Notes: generated by a model from the letters alone, not told the origin. Shown: positions 30,874-39,734, numbered from the stretch's first letter. The stretch: 64,000 nt of DNA from an uncultured virus (IMG/VR IMGVR_UViG_3300018049_001835) (IMGVR_UViG_3300018049_001835), one strand, 5' to 3'. Translations and numbers: made by a program.

Positions 30874-31513
30874 TTGCTTCTTTTCTTCTATGCGAGAATG
30901 TCATTGTTTGTGTGTCAAAGATATCACCTGTAGACCTACCGTTTATTATTGCTTCACCTAAATTAGATGTAGCAGATACAGGGTGAAACATTATATGATC
31001 ATCAGTTGGTCGATTGTACAAGTCAAAACTAGGACTGTCATACCCTATAAGAATAGGTGGCGGAAACTCTGTCATACCATACCAGTTTGCTACACACTGT
31101 ACACCTCTATTTTTAAATGCATTTATAAAGTCTTGATCTATTTTATTACTACCTGTTACCATGTAACGTACACAACTCATATCTAAGTCTTTAAAGCCTT
31201 TTGTACTTTGTAAAAGCTCTAAATGACGCGGTATAAGCGCAATATAAGACGGTTGTAAGCGTTTAAATGCTTGTATGTATGTATATGGCGTAAAGTTGCT
31301 ACAAACGTACTGTGCGCCGCTTAAAACGCTAGGATACGCTGTTATAGTCCAATGTGCAATAGTATTAGCAGGAAACACATCTAGTACAACATCCTTGCTG
31401 GTTAGTTGTATTTCTTTAGCACTACGTCTAGCACATTCATTAATGTATTTCCAAGAATGTGTTATTTGTTTAGGTTCGTCTGTACTACCTGATGTATAAA
31501 GTGTTATGCTCAT
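30845..31513 (-). CDS. truncated AMP-binding (ANL/adenylation) enzyme
   Basis: YTSGSTDEPK, WYGMTE, STGD motifs; only 222 aa. Confidence 0.75.
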   Translation of the reverse strand: MSITLYTSGSTDEPKQITHSWKYINECARRSAKEIQLTSKDVVLDVFPANTIAHWTITAYPSVLSGAQYVCSNFTPYTYIQAFKRLQPSYIALIPRHLELLQSTKGFKDLDMSCVRYMVTGSNKIDQDFINAFKNRGVQCVANWYGMTEFPPPILIGYDSPSFDLYNRPTDDHIMFHPVSATSNLGEAIINGRSTGDIFDTQTMTFSHRRKEANGKTWKTDV

Positions 31514-32325
31514 AGTAGTCTATCCTTTAATACATCTGCTGTATGTCTATGTACACCTATACCTGGATGGCCTGATATAGTACCGTTTTGTTTACAAATG
31601 TCTCTAGCAAATTTTTCATTATTATCTTCGATACCTAGTAGATCAATATTAATACGTATAATAGGCAAAGTAGTAGGAAAGTAACTAAACATAGTTAATG
31701 GTATGTTGTTAGTCTTACAAAATACTTCTAACATGTTTACATATATTTCTGCTTCGTTTTGTAAGAAGTCAGTACGTTCTAGTAATTCATAAGGTTCTAC
31801 ATAATTGCATTTAGGCCTATGACTGCCAGTAAACGTAAAAGCAAAATGATCTGTAAAAAATGTATATCCGTGTGCAGGCGGAAATTCAAAACATGCACTT
31901 TTTGGAGCACCGTGTAAGTTTACATAATTAAAAAATGATATAACTTGTAGTTTAGTGCTATATGTAGGACCAGCATAACTTAGCATAGGTGTGTCTAGTT
32001 CTTTAGACAATATATCAGTGTATCTATCTTTCTCGTCCACACCAATACCTAAAGTATAACTTGTGCCACTAAAATAAATTAAGTCTTTGGTTAAATCTAC
32101 TTCATTAGACATACGTAATCCTAAACTGTTGAAGTTGTAATTAATCTCTTTGTTATTGTATATCCAACTACTATCTTGATATTTTTTGTTACGCTCGTGT
32201 AGTCTTTCGTTATCAGGTCCGTAGTAATTAGAACTTGTATTAGGAATCATGCTGTCGTGTTGATATGGCCAGTCAGTCTTTTTGTAAAGAATAGAAGTAT
32301 TTAATCTTGTTTTAATGTTAGCCAT
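31510..32325 (-). CDS. SGNH/GDSL-like hypothetical protein
   Basis: YNFNSLGLR, FSGTSYTLGIG, C-terminal ARD...GHPG..H. Confidence 0.5.
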   Translation of the reverse strand: MANIKTRLNTSILYKKTDWPYQHDSMIPNTSSNYYGPDNERLHERNKKYQDSSWIYNNKEINYNFNSLGLRMSNEVDLTKDLIYFSGTSYTLGIGVDEKDRYTDILSKELDTPMLSYAGPTYSTKLQVISFFNYVNLHGAPKSACFEFPPAHGYTFFTDHFAFTFTGSHRPKCNYVEPYELLERTDFLQNEAEIYVNMLEVFCKTNNIPLTMFSYFPTTLPIIRINIDLLGIEDNNEKFARDICKQNGTISGHPGIGVHRHTADVLKDRLL

Positions 32326-33088
32326 TGTATGTAATATGAGTCTCGCTTTTTAACAATCTATCTACAGCGTCATTTGATGGGTCAGAGTGTAACAATATCC
32401 ATTCTTCATCTCCGTGATTTACAGGAGCATGTACATTGCTCACATTAACTAGGTAAACTTCACCAGGCTTAGGATTATAACTTGCACGTTCGTATTGCCA
32501 AGTATCAGCAGGTGTTTCTCCTAACTGTGAAAAGAAATGCCATGATGAATTTTCGTTAGTTTGCAAGTTAACGTGTAATCGAATCATATGTTCTGACATG
32601 TCTTCACCGTCGTGATCTCTATGTGGCCCAATGCCACATTCCTTAGCACAGTTCATAGCTCTACCCCATGTCCACGCATCTTCTCCTAATTGATCTATCA
32701 TACTCTTGTACGCACCAAAATAATATTGTTCAAGATGGTTGTCCATTTTATTTTCCCATGTTTCGTCTAACATTTCTGGAAATTTTTCTTTATTACAAAA
32801 GAATGGAGTAGGTATAGCATCACGTCTTTGTATAGGCCACTGTAATGCCCAAAATCCTGCATCACCTACACATATGCCGTTCATTCTAGGATGATCGAGT
32901 AAATGCGATTCAAATAAGTCTTTTTGAGAAAATAAAAATAAACTTTCGGGAGAAGTAGTTTTTACAGTTTCAAACCATTCTAGCAAAGGCTTAGGATCTA
33001 CAGTAACATTTAACTTTACCATATCCCAGTCTAAGTTTCTTAAGTCTTCTCTAGTATAGTTTTGGGGATCTGTAATTAATTTAGTCAT
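32318..33088 (-). CDS. Asp/Asn beta-hydroxylase-like 2OG-Fe(II) oxygenase
   Basis: IGPHRD..RLHV..VHAPVN. Confidence 0.75.
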   Translation of the reverse strand: MTKLITDPQNYTREDLRNLDWDMVKLNVTVDPKPLLEWFETVKTTSPESLFLFSQKDLFESHLLDHPRMNGICVGDAGFWALQWPIQRRDAIPTPFFCNKEKFPEMLDETWENKMDNHLEQYYFGAYKSMIDQLGEDAWTWGRAMNCAKECGIGPHRDHDGEDMSEHMIRLHVNLQTNENSSWHFFSQLGETPADTWQYERASYNPKPGEVYLVNVSNVHAPVNHGDEEWILLHSDPSNDAVDRLLKSETHITYNG

Positions 33089-33090
33089 AA

Positions 33091-33133
33091 AAAAACTCCT
33101 TCTGTAGTATTTAACCTACATTTAGGAGTTTTT
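33091..33133 (-). terminator. hairpin: terminator and RBS-occluding structure with a late-promoter motif in the loop
   Basis: Minus strand AAAAACTCCT-AAA-TGTAG-GTTAAATA-CTACA-GA-AGGAGTTTTT then TTATG. Confidence 0.65.
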
Positions 33134-33145
33134 AAAGTAATGTGA

Positions 33146-34231
33146 TTAGTTTAAGTCTACCCAAGCACTACCTGTGTAGCCTTGGAATTTAGTGTTTGTA
33201 GTGTTAAAGATTATCATTCCTGCTGCTGGTGCTGTAACAGCTGCATCTCTTGCTGCATCGTCTGCATATACACCTGGTTGTAATACTGGAGATTGGAATA
33301 CACCAACATTATCAAATGTTGCTTTTGCAGCATCTGCTACGTTCGGACCATTAAGAACAGCAAATACTAATTTACCAAGTGCTAATGTACTTACACCATC
33401 ACTTTCTTGTGTTAATTCTGCTCTAATGACACACGGAGCAAGTGATACAGAACTCCCACCCGGAATTGTTATTAAGCCACCAAAGTCAAGTCTTCCTAAG
33501 CTATCACCAACTTGTAATGCTGTTTGGTTTTCGTATGTTCCGTTATGATTGTAAAAACCTAAATTTGCACCAGTTCCTTCACTTGCACCAGTCTGACTAG
33601 TAACTTCTAAGCCAGGAACGTTTGCATTAGATATTATCTTTATACCTATATCAGATATTAAATCATCAGCTCTTGTGTCAAATATAGCATTTTGTGTAGT
33701 TTCAATAGTACCTTTGAATTTACCATCAGTACCATCAATAACTAATGTAGAATCATCAGCGTATACACTACCTGAAACATCGCCTGCAATGTTAATGTTG
33801 TAAGTTGCACCTGCTACTAAACCACTTTGTGCATCGTCGTCATTAGGAACAAATGCACTTCCGTTCCATTTAAGAACTTGTCCTACACCTGGAGGATTAG
33901 ATGCTAAGTCTACGTCTTGCAAATCATTTAATGATTTATTATCTAGAACAGTAGGATCACCTGGCTGGAATTCTTCGTCAACAGCATTCCATACTAGGCT
34001 CTGGCCACCTGTTGGAGGTGTAGATGTAATATCAACATCGCTTAATGCATCAATACTTAAATCGGAGTTAGCAACGTCAACAGCAATACCACCTGCTGTA
34101 GAACCATCGCCTACATAAAGTTTTTTAGTATCTGTTGTATATATTAATTCGCCTTCAGCTGGCACTGGTAAGGAAACACCGTCTAGTGTTTGTCTTTGTG
34201 CATCTGTGCCTCTTCTTAATCGCAATGCCAT
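33146..34231 (-). CDS. tail fibre / receptor-binding-type protein
   Basis: MALRLRRGT..AEGELIYTTDTKKLYVGDG N-terminal fibre motif; two L.DV..P..GQ.L.WN..F.P repeats; C-terminal GMIIFNTT..FQGY.G..W. Confidence 0.75.
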   Translation of the reverse strand: MALRLRRGTDAQRQTLDGVSLPVPAEGELIYTTDTKKLYVGDGSTAGGIAVDVANSDLSIDALSDVDITSTPPTGGQSLVWNAVDEEFQPGDPTVLDNKSLNDLQDVDLASNPPGVGQVLKWNGSAFVPNDDDAQSGLVAGATYNINIAGDVSGSVYADDSTLVIDGTDGKFKGTIETTQNAIFDTRADDLISDIGIKIISNANVPGLEVTSQTGASEGTGANLGFYNHNGTYENQTALQVGDSLGRLDFGGLITIPGGSSVSLAPCVIRAELTQESDGVSTLALGKLVFAVLNGPNVADAAKATFDNVGVFQSPVLQPGVYADDAARDAAVTAPAAGMIIFNTTNTKFQGYTGSAWVDLN

Positions 34232-34268
34232 TTTTTTATAACTCCTTAATGATTTAAGTCTACATATA

Positions 34269-34276
34269 TATTTATC
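34269..34276 (-). promoter_or_regulatory. late-promoter-like motif GATAAATA
   Basis: Upstream of the fibre gene; the same octamer recurs at 38998, 57294 and 61622; resembles T4 late TATAAATA. Confidence 0.55.
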
Positions 34277-34285
34277 ATAAAAGTG

Positions 34286-34603
34286 TTATTTCTTTTTCTT
34301 CATAAAGATTTTTGTACGCTTGGTAATGTCCTTTTTTACCCGTTCCATATCTACTACAAAGTTAACACTCTGCAAAACATCCTCGTATTCCGCCATTAAA
34401 TCTTCCATACTTTGTTCAAATGCTTCAGCATTTGATTGGATGCTACGGTTAGGATCATTTTCAATAATCCACACTTTTCCGTCGGTAAAGGTTACTTCAA
34501 CAGCCTTAATGTACTCAGTAGGTACGACTTTGATGTCGATATTACCGAGTACTTCAGGCCATTTGTCTATTACTTCTTTGCTTAGTTTATTCTTTCTAGG
34601 CAC
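34286..34603 (-). CDS. hypothetical protein
   Basis: 105 aa ORF in operon. Confidence 0.65.
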   Translation of the reverse strand: MPRKNKLSKEVIDKWPEVLGNIDIKVVPTEYIKAVEVTFTDGKVWIIENDPNRSIQSNAEAFEQSMEDLMAEYEDVLQSVNFVVDMERVKKDITKRTKIFMKKKK

Positions 34604-35186
34604 TTTGGGCGGACTTCTTGCTACGCTTGGTAGGAACCAATTCTTCCGCTTGTTCTCTTAAACGCTTTGCTTCTTTAAACATAGCATCTGCTTGAGAACG
34701 ATATTGAGCCGCTAAATCTTCATCGCTAAGAACACCAGTGTCTTGTCCTAAGTCTGTAACTTCGGGTTGTACAGCAGGTTGTTCTGCAGGCTTATTTGTA
34801 GATTTTGCTGGTTGCAGAGCAAGATCAGCAACAGTTACGCCTTTTTGTTCGGCAATAATTTTATTAAGCTCGCTAAGAACAACGGTGCTTTGCATATCTG
34901 GTGTCATTTCGATCTGGCTTGTAGGCATCTTAGTAAGTTTGCCTGTACCACTAAATGCTACCAACATGTTTCTTCCATCTGGTAAAACAGCTCTGTTCAT
35001 TGCTTCTGCAAGTTCATATGCTGTCTGACCTGCGTTTGATTCTATTAAGTTCATTAATGAATCGTGTGCATCAGACTCTAAACTATCAGTAAAAACAACT
35101 AAACAGTTATCTGGATCATTAGGAATTACACGGTATGCTACAGCACAACGTCTCTTAGGATTAATTTGTCTTCCAATATGTTTCAT
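34596..35186 (-). CDS. hypothetical protein
   Basis: Start MKHIG (ATG 35186) preceded by AAGGAG. Confidence 0.7.
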   Translation of the reverse strand: MKHIGRQINPKRRCAVAYRVIPNDPDNCLVVFTDSLESDAHDSLMNLIESNAGQTAYELAEAMNRAVLPDGRNMLVAFSGTGKLTKMPTSQIEMTPDMQSTVVLSELNKIIAEQKGVTVADLALQPAKSTNKPAEQPAVQPEVTDLGQDTGVLSDEDLAAQYRSQADAMFKEAKRLREQAEELVPTKRSKKSAQSA

Positions 35187-35187
35187 A

Positions 35188-35436
35188 TTATTCTCCTTTA
35201 GGAGCCTCTTTTTGTGCTTCTTGTTGAGCTTCTTGTTGAGCTGCAACAGCACCTAAAAATGCTTCTAATTTGCTATAAACAGTACCTACAGTAGTCATTT
35301 CGTTAGGCTTAAATGCGCCTCTACTACTTGCTACATCAATGATAGTTCTCATTGCTGTTAGATCTTGCACAGTAAGATCTGGTGCAGGTGCTTGCTCAGG
35401 AGCAGGTTGTGCTTCAGTTTTATTTTCATCGCTCAT
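35188..35436 (-). CDS. hypothetical protein
   Basis: 82 aa, AGGAG SD. Confidence 0.7.
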   Translation of the reverse strand: MSDENKTEAQPAPEQAPAPDLTVQDLTAMRTIIDVASSRGAFKPNEMTTVGTVYSKLEAFLGAVAAQQEAQQEAQKEAPKGE

Positions 35437-35474
35437 ATTTTAATCTCCTATAATAATATATATGCGTACTTTAT

Positions 35475-35744
35475 TTATTTGTACTTCAAATGTGGACACG
35501 CCAACATGAAATAACTTGCTTCTTTTGGATCCTCAAAACCTACTTTTAAAGAATTAGACTTATGTGTATAAGAGTTATCTTTTGCAATAAAGTATCTCTT
35601 TTTAAGATTCTCAGAAATCCATCTAGTAATACTAGGCTCCATATTGTATGTCTGATCAACGGTAATAACTTCAAAATGCTTTGGGCAAAAATGAGTTTTT
35701 CTTACATTGAAAAAATTTAATGGATTAGGCTGCTTGAGCTTCAT
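35475..35744 (-). CDS. hypothetical protein
   Basis: 89 aa ORF overlapping the upstream stop. Confidence 0.6.
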   Translation of the reverse strand: MKLKQPNPLNFFNVRKTHFCPKHFEVITVDQTYNMEPSITRWISENLKKRYFIAKDNSYTHKSNSLKVGFEDPKEASYFMLACPHLKYK

Positions 35745-37017
35745 AGTGTGCTGTTACTCCAAACGGTGCTTGCAAGTTTTTGTCATGGTTGCTGTGAATA
35801 ATAAAGACTGTTTCACAGTAATCTTCATCGCCCCAACTACCCCAAGGATAGCCGTCTGTGAACATAATAAACTTTTTAGGTTGAATATCGTTTTCTCGCA
35901 TGTAAGTCCAGTTAGCATCGAAGTCAGTGCCGCCGCCGCCTAAGATTTCGTAATCTAGTAATTCAGTACCGTTATCTGATGTAAAGTCTTGCTCGTTATA
36001 TACAGCGGTATCAAAGCACCATAATTTAATTGCATAGTCTTTGTATTCGTCCATAATGCCTTTAACTTCACTTAAAAAGTCTTGTGCTTGATGATCACCA
36101 ATACTTCCGCTCATATCAATACCGATTGCAATATCAATAGTATTTTCAAAGTTCATACCCGGAAGTACAGCACCAGTGTGCCAGCCTTTACGTGAAGGAC
36201 GCATAAATGTGTAATCACTTTTAATTGTACTTTGAATTTGCTGACGTAGTAATTCACGCCAGTTAATTTTAGGTTCAGTTAAATCTTTAATTAAACGATC
36301 TACACCTTTTGGAATATTGCCTGCGCCTGCACTCTGTGCGGCAGTGATCATATTCTCTTTAATTTCGTCACGTATCTTTTTAAGTTCTTCTTTTGAATAT
36401 GAAGGACGACCATTACCTTTACCGTCTTTACCGCTGTCGCCGTCCTGACCTTCACCTGCACCTTCTGTCCAATCTAAATGCTCATCGAGCAATTCACCTA
36501 AAGCTTCTAGCTCTTGGTTGTCATACTTTTCAAAAAGGTCATCATAAACTTCTTCAGAAGTCCAACTCTCATATTTGAAGTCTTGAAAACAGTCAACTAA
36601 TTTAGGTTTTGTGCCAATGTTGTCACGTACCAAAATATTGTTCACAATATAATCCTGTGCAATATTACTAATCATAGGATCTAGGTTACGATCCTGCCAT
36701 GTACGGCGTTCTAAGTGATCAAATACACAGTGTAAAATTTCGTGTGCAATAACAAACTCAATTTCTTTATTATCCATTGCATTAAAGAACTGAGTGTTAA
36801 AATAAAGATTACGTCCATCTACGGCCGCTGTAGGAATCCAATCATCTGCGGCTTGGATTTTTAAACGTGTTGCCATGTTGCCAAAGAAAGGATGCTTAAG
36901 AAGCAAACCTACACGAGCTACAATAATGCGATCAAGTACTTCTTCACGCATAACAGCAAGTTCTTGTTCAGTTAAGTCTGGATTAGGTTGCCAGTGTTTT
37001 TTACCTTCTACGCTCAT
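35725..37017 (-). CDS. HEXXH metallopeptidase-VWA domain protein (DUF2201-like)
   Basis: TAAVDG, AHEILH, IDMSGS (MIDAS), GGGGTDF, FTDG. Confidence 0.85.
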   Translation of the reverse strand: MSVEGKKHWQPNPDLTEQELAVMREEVLDRIIVARVGLLLKHPFFGNMATRLKIQAADDWIPTAAVDGRNLYFNTQFFNAMDNKEIEFVIAHEILHCVFDHLERRTWQDRNLDPMISNIAQDYIVNNILVRDNIGTKPKLVDCFQDFKYESWTSEEVYDDLFEKYDNQELEALGELLDEHLDWTEGAGEGQDGDSGKDGKGNGRPSYSKEELKKIRDEIKENMITAAQSAGAGNIPKGVDRLIKDLTEPKINWRELLRQQIQSTIKSDYTFMRPSRKGWHTGAVLPGMNFENTIDIAIGIDMSGSIGDHQAQDFLSEVKGIMDEYKDYAIKLWCFDTAVYNEQDFTSDNGTELLDYEILGGGGTDFDANWTYMRENDIQPKKFIMFTDGYPWGSWGDEDYCETVFIIHSNHDKNLQAPFGVTAHYEAQAA

Positions 37018-37048
37018 GTGTGCTATGTCCTTTCTAATTTATATGTAT

Positions 37049-37077
37049 ATTATACTAATATTTAACTGTTTTGTCAA
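37049..37077 (-). promoter_or_regulatory. sigma70-type promoter
   Basis: TTGACA-17-TATAAT on the minus strand. Confidence 0.85.
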
Positions 37078-37081
37078 CCAG

Positions 37082-37117
37082 AAAAGGTGATAGGGTGAAC
37101 ACGAAGTCCACCCTATC
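37082..37117 (-). terminator. probable intrinsic terminator after the AAA gene
   Basis: GATAGGGTGGAC-TTCGT-GTTCACCCTATC stem-loop then ACCTTTT. Confidence 0.6.
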
Positions 37118-37121
37118 TAGT

Positions 37122-38207
37122 TTAAGAACTCTGTGCTGCTTTAATGTATTTTCCATAACGATCATGGAACTCATCAAAACACTCTACAGCGTCCGGGTCG
37201 ATTGGAAGTCCGTACTGTGTAAGTGCGAGCTTAATACCCATAACTACTAGTTCAGTATCGAAGTTATCCATCGAAAAGCGCAGGAAGTTGTTGACTTTCT
37301 TATCGAAGTCTTTGTCACGTTTCTTATCAGCTTCTTGAAGCTCATAACACAATGACACAGTGAGGGAATACATAGCACTGATTTCTTTACTGGTCATCTC
37401 CGTGACCTTACCTGCTAGAATATCAGTTGGATTAGGCATTTGTGAAGCAACCTTACGGTGTGCCATAAATTTGACAGCCAGGCCTTCGCCAACTGAGCCA
37501 CTTACCAAATCGGTTGTAGTGGTTTCATCTAGGTCGTCTTCTAGTAGTTCAGATACAAACGACCAAGAACGGGGTGTTGCAAAAGAACGACTTGGGCTTT
37601 TAGGATCAAAGTCATACAAGTCTTTCTTTGCAAAAGTTAAGTAACCTACAACGTCTTTATGGATATTGTTTGATACAGCCCATGAGAACCAATCATCAAA
37701 CGAAACAGCCATCTCTAAGTGAACAAAACGATTAGCAAGCGGAGCAGGCATACGGTACGTTACACCTTTGTCTGCTTCACGGTTACCTGCCGCAATAATC
37801 ACAACGTTGTCAGGTAGTACATAAGTACCAACCTTACGGTTAAGAATAAGTTGATAAGCTGCAGCCTGTACAGCAGGTGCAGCAGAATTCATTTCATCTA
37901 AGAATAGAATGATAAGTTTATGTTTCGCAGCCAGTTCTTCGTTTGGAAGTTCTGCAGGCGCCGCCCAAACCATTGCATTGTCGTTTGCAGAGTAATAAGG
38001 AATACCTTTAATGTCTGTAGGTTCCCAAAGTGACAAACGAACGTCAATGACATGTGCCTCTAGTGTTTCACCAATTTGGTGAACAATATCAGACTTACCA
38101 ATACCTGGAGGACCCCAAATAAAGATAGGACGTTGTTTCTTGATAGCATGTGTGATGCTTGTTTTTGCGCTGTTAGGCGAAACTGTTCTTGTGATAGCGT
38201 TTTCCAT
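37122..38207 (-). CDS. MoxR/dynein-related AAA+ ATPase
   Basis: WGPPGIGKS Walker A, LFLDE Walker B, AAGN, PLANRF. Confidence 0.85.
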   Translation of the reverse strand: MENAITRTVSPNSAKTSITHAIKKQRPIFIWGPPGIGKSDIVHQIGETLEAHVIDVRLSLWEPTDIKGIPYYSANDNAMVWAAPAELPNEELAAKHKLIILFLDEMNSAAPAVQAAAYQLILNRKVGTYVLPDNVVIIAAGNREADKGVTYRMPAPLANRFVHLEMAVSFDDWFSWAVSNNIHKDVVGYLTFAKKDLYDFDPKSPSRSFATPRSWSFVSELLEDDLDETTTTDLVSGSVGEGLAVKFMAHRKVASQMPNPTDILAGKVTEMTSKEISAMYSLTVSLCYELQEADKKRDKDFDKKVNNFLRFSMDNFDTELVVMGIKLALTQYGLPIDPDAVECFDEFHDRYGKYIKAAQSS

Positions 38208-38257
38208 GTATTACCTCTCTTAGTAAGTTATCAGTGCTAATTTCTAACTATACATAT

Positions 38258-38285
38258 AGTATAGCATCTACAAGATAAAAGTCAA
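38258..38285 (-). promoter_or_regulatory. sigma70-type promoter (extended -10)
   Basis: TTGACT-16-TATACT, with TGC immediately before the -10. Confidence 0.6.
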
Positions 38286-38292
38286 CCTTTTT

Positions 38293-38685
38293 TTAATCTT
38301 TTTCTGAATTATTTTGTCTTGATAACGCTTTAGTAATCCCGTATTTCCTAATATCACCTGAAAATAGGCTAAGTTCTACGGCTTTTTTTTGGTTTGTTAC
38401 AAGGATAGATTTAGGTCCAATATAATAGGGACAGTCAATAAATTTGTCTAAGAATATCAATATTTGAGTAGTCATTGGCATATCGTGAGGATATGTAATA
38501 TCGTAAGTTGCAATATCTATTTTGCTTAACATATCTAATCCTGCTTCTGTAAGTCGCAATCCACCTTCGTCTTTATTCCTAGTGTTTTGCCACCATAGAG
38601 GCATATATTCCTTCATAGCCGTTTGATTGTAACTATGACCTAACTCTTTAAGGAATATTTTAGTATAGGTTTCTTTCCAGTTCAT
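38293..38685 (-). CDS. hypothetical protein
   Basis: 130 aa, ATGA overlap. Confidence 0.65.
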   Translation of the reverse strand: MNWKETYTKIFLKELGHSYNQTAMKEYMPLWWQNTRNKDEGGLRLTEAGLDMLSKIDIATYDITYPHDMPMTTQILIFLDKFIDCPYYIGPKSILVTNQKKAVELSLFSGDIRKYGITKALSRQNNSEKD

Positions 38686-38969
38686 TCTGTAACAATTTCA
38701 CCTGTCTCTAATTTATATACTTTGAAATCGTCACATGCAAAAAGTTCATTTAATTTTTGTGCTAGATTGTGTGCATGTCCTGGATTAGAAAAACTTGTTT
38801 TCTTGTATTTAGGCCCAGGATAATTTGTTAAGGCGTTTGAACTTTTAAGATTGAAAGGTTTTTCTTTATAGAAGACAGCCCAGATAGCATCAGCATCTAG
38901 TACTTGTTCACATCTATAATTTTTTTTGTTAATATGTTCTAATAGAACACTTGGCTTTGGTCTACTCAT
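38682..38969 (-). CDS. hypothetical protein
   Basis: 95 aa, AAGGA SD inside a hairpin. Confidence 0.7.
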   Translation of the reverse strand: MSRPKPSVLLEHINKKNYRCEQVLDADAIWAVFYKEKPFNLKSSNALTNYPGPKYKKTSFSNPGHAHNLAQKLNELFACDDFKVYKLETGEIVTE

Positions 38970-39005
38970 ATACGTAATCCTTAGTTAACTACGTATATAT
39001 TTATC
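38968..39005 (-). promoter_or_regulatory. GATAAATA motif plus hairpin covering the SD and start codon
   Basis: Minus strand GATAAATATATACGTAGTTAACTAAGGATTACGTATATG; ATATACGTA inverted repeat. Confidence 0.6.
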
Positions 39006-39028
39006 TCTTTTTTGTATTAAGTGCGTGG

Positions 39029-39286
39029 TTATTTCCAGTCAGATCCACCGTCTAATTGAACCTCTACAGGCTCATTTTCTATATTAGACATGTGTTCTTT
39101 AATAAACGCTTCCATATCACCGTTGAGTCGAGCCATTACTTCGCCTAGAGTAAATGCTAATCTTTTTGCTTCGTTTATATCCAAACGAATTTCTTTTGCT
39201 CTACTATTGTCGGCACTTTTTACAGTTTGTATAAACTGTTGCACTGGAAAAGTGTTTATTGGATCAAGATTCTTTTTTGTTTGCAT
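39029..39286 (-). CDS. hypothetical protein
   Basis: 85 aa ORF in operon. Confidence 0.65.
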   Translation of the reverse strand: MQTKKNLDPINTFPVQQFIQTVKSADNSRAKEIRLDINEAKRLAFTLGEVMARLNGDMEAFIKEHMSNIENEPVEVQLDGGSDWK

Positions 39287-39734
39287 TAGATAATTCCTGA
39301 CGCATTGTCATTTCGTTTTTAAAAGGACCATGATATTCATATCGTTCTAGTGTAATTAGTTTTGGACAAAAACTTTTAACCCAACCCTTTTCAAAACGAA
39401 TAATATAATATCCTGCACAATACAAGCTCTTGCTTTTTAAACTTTTAGTAAAAAGTGCAAACTTACGATGTACATCATAAATTACATTGTAAGGAGTTGT
39501 GCTAGTAGGATATCCATATATTTCTTTTGTAACTTCTATTTTTGCGGTTGGCTCCCTATCAAATATAGTGCTACCTAGCTTTTTTTCAACAGCTTTCTTT
39601 GTATTAAAAAAAGATACACCGCCTGAAGAACTAAGCATAAACCTTTCATCGTTGTAACTTAGTGTACCAATTTTTTCGCCGGATTCTTCTACAATCCAAA
39701 ATTTATTTTTTAAAATAGTTTTTGCTTTTATCAT
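39264..39734 (-). CDS. hypothetical protein
   Basis: 156 aa, ATGA overlap. Confidence 0.65.
   Translation of the reverse strand: MIKAKTILKNKFWIVEESGEKIGTLSYNDERFMLSSSGGVSFFNTKKAVEKKLGSTIFDREPTAKIEVTKEIYGYPTSTTPYNVIYDVHRKFALFTKSLKSKSLYCAGYYIIRFEKGWVKSFCPKLITLERYEYHGPFKNEMTMRQELSNANKKES

Noticed and set aside
1904..33088. Classical RiPP cluster or bacterial LPS/capsule locus
   Set aside because: No precursor peptide, transporter, flippase or polymerase seen; flanked by phage fibre genes in a phage context
34240..34262. Possible SD-occluding hairpin before the fibre gene (CTTAA/TTAAG)
   Set aside because: Only 5 AU-rich base pairs; too weak to support
37122..38207. Cobalamin chelatase CobS annotation
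   Set aside because: Only generic AAA motifs; the partner is a peptidase-VWA protein and no cobalamin genes are present
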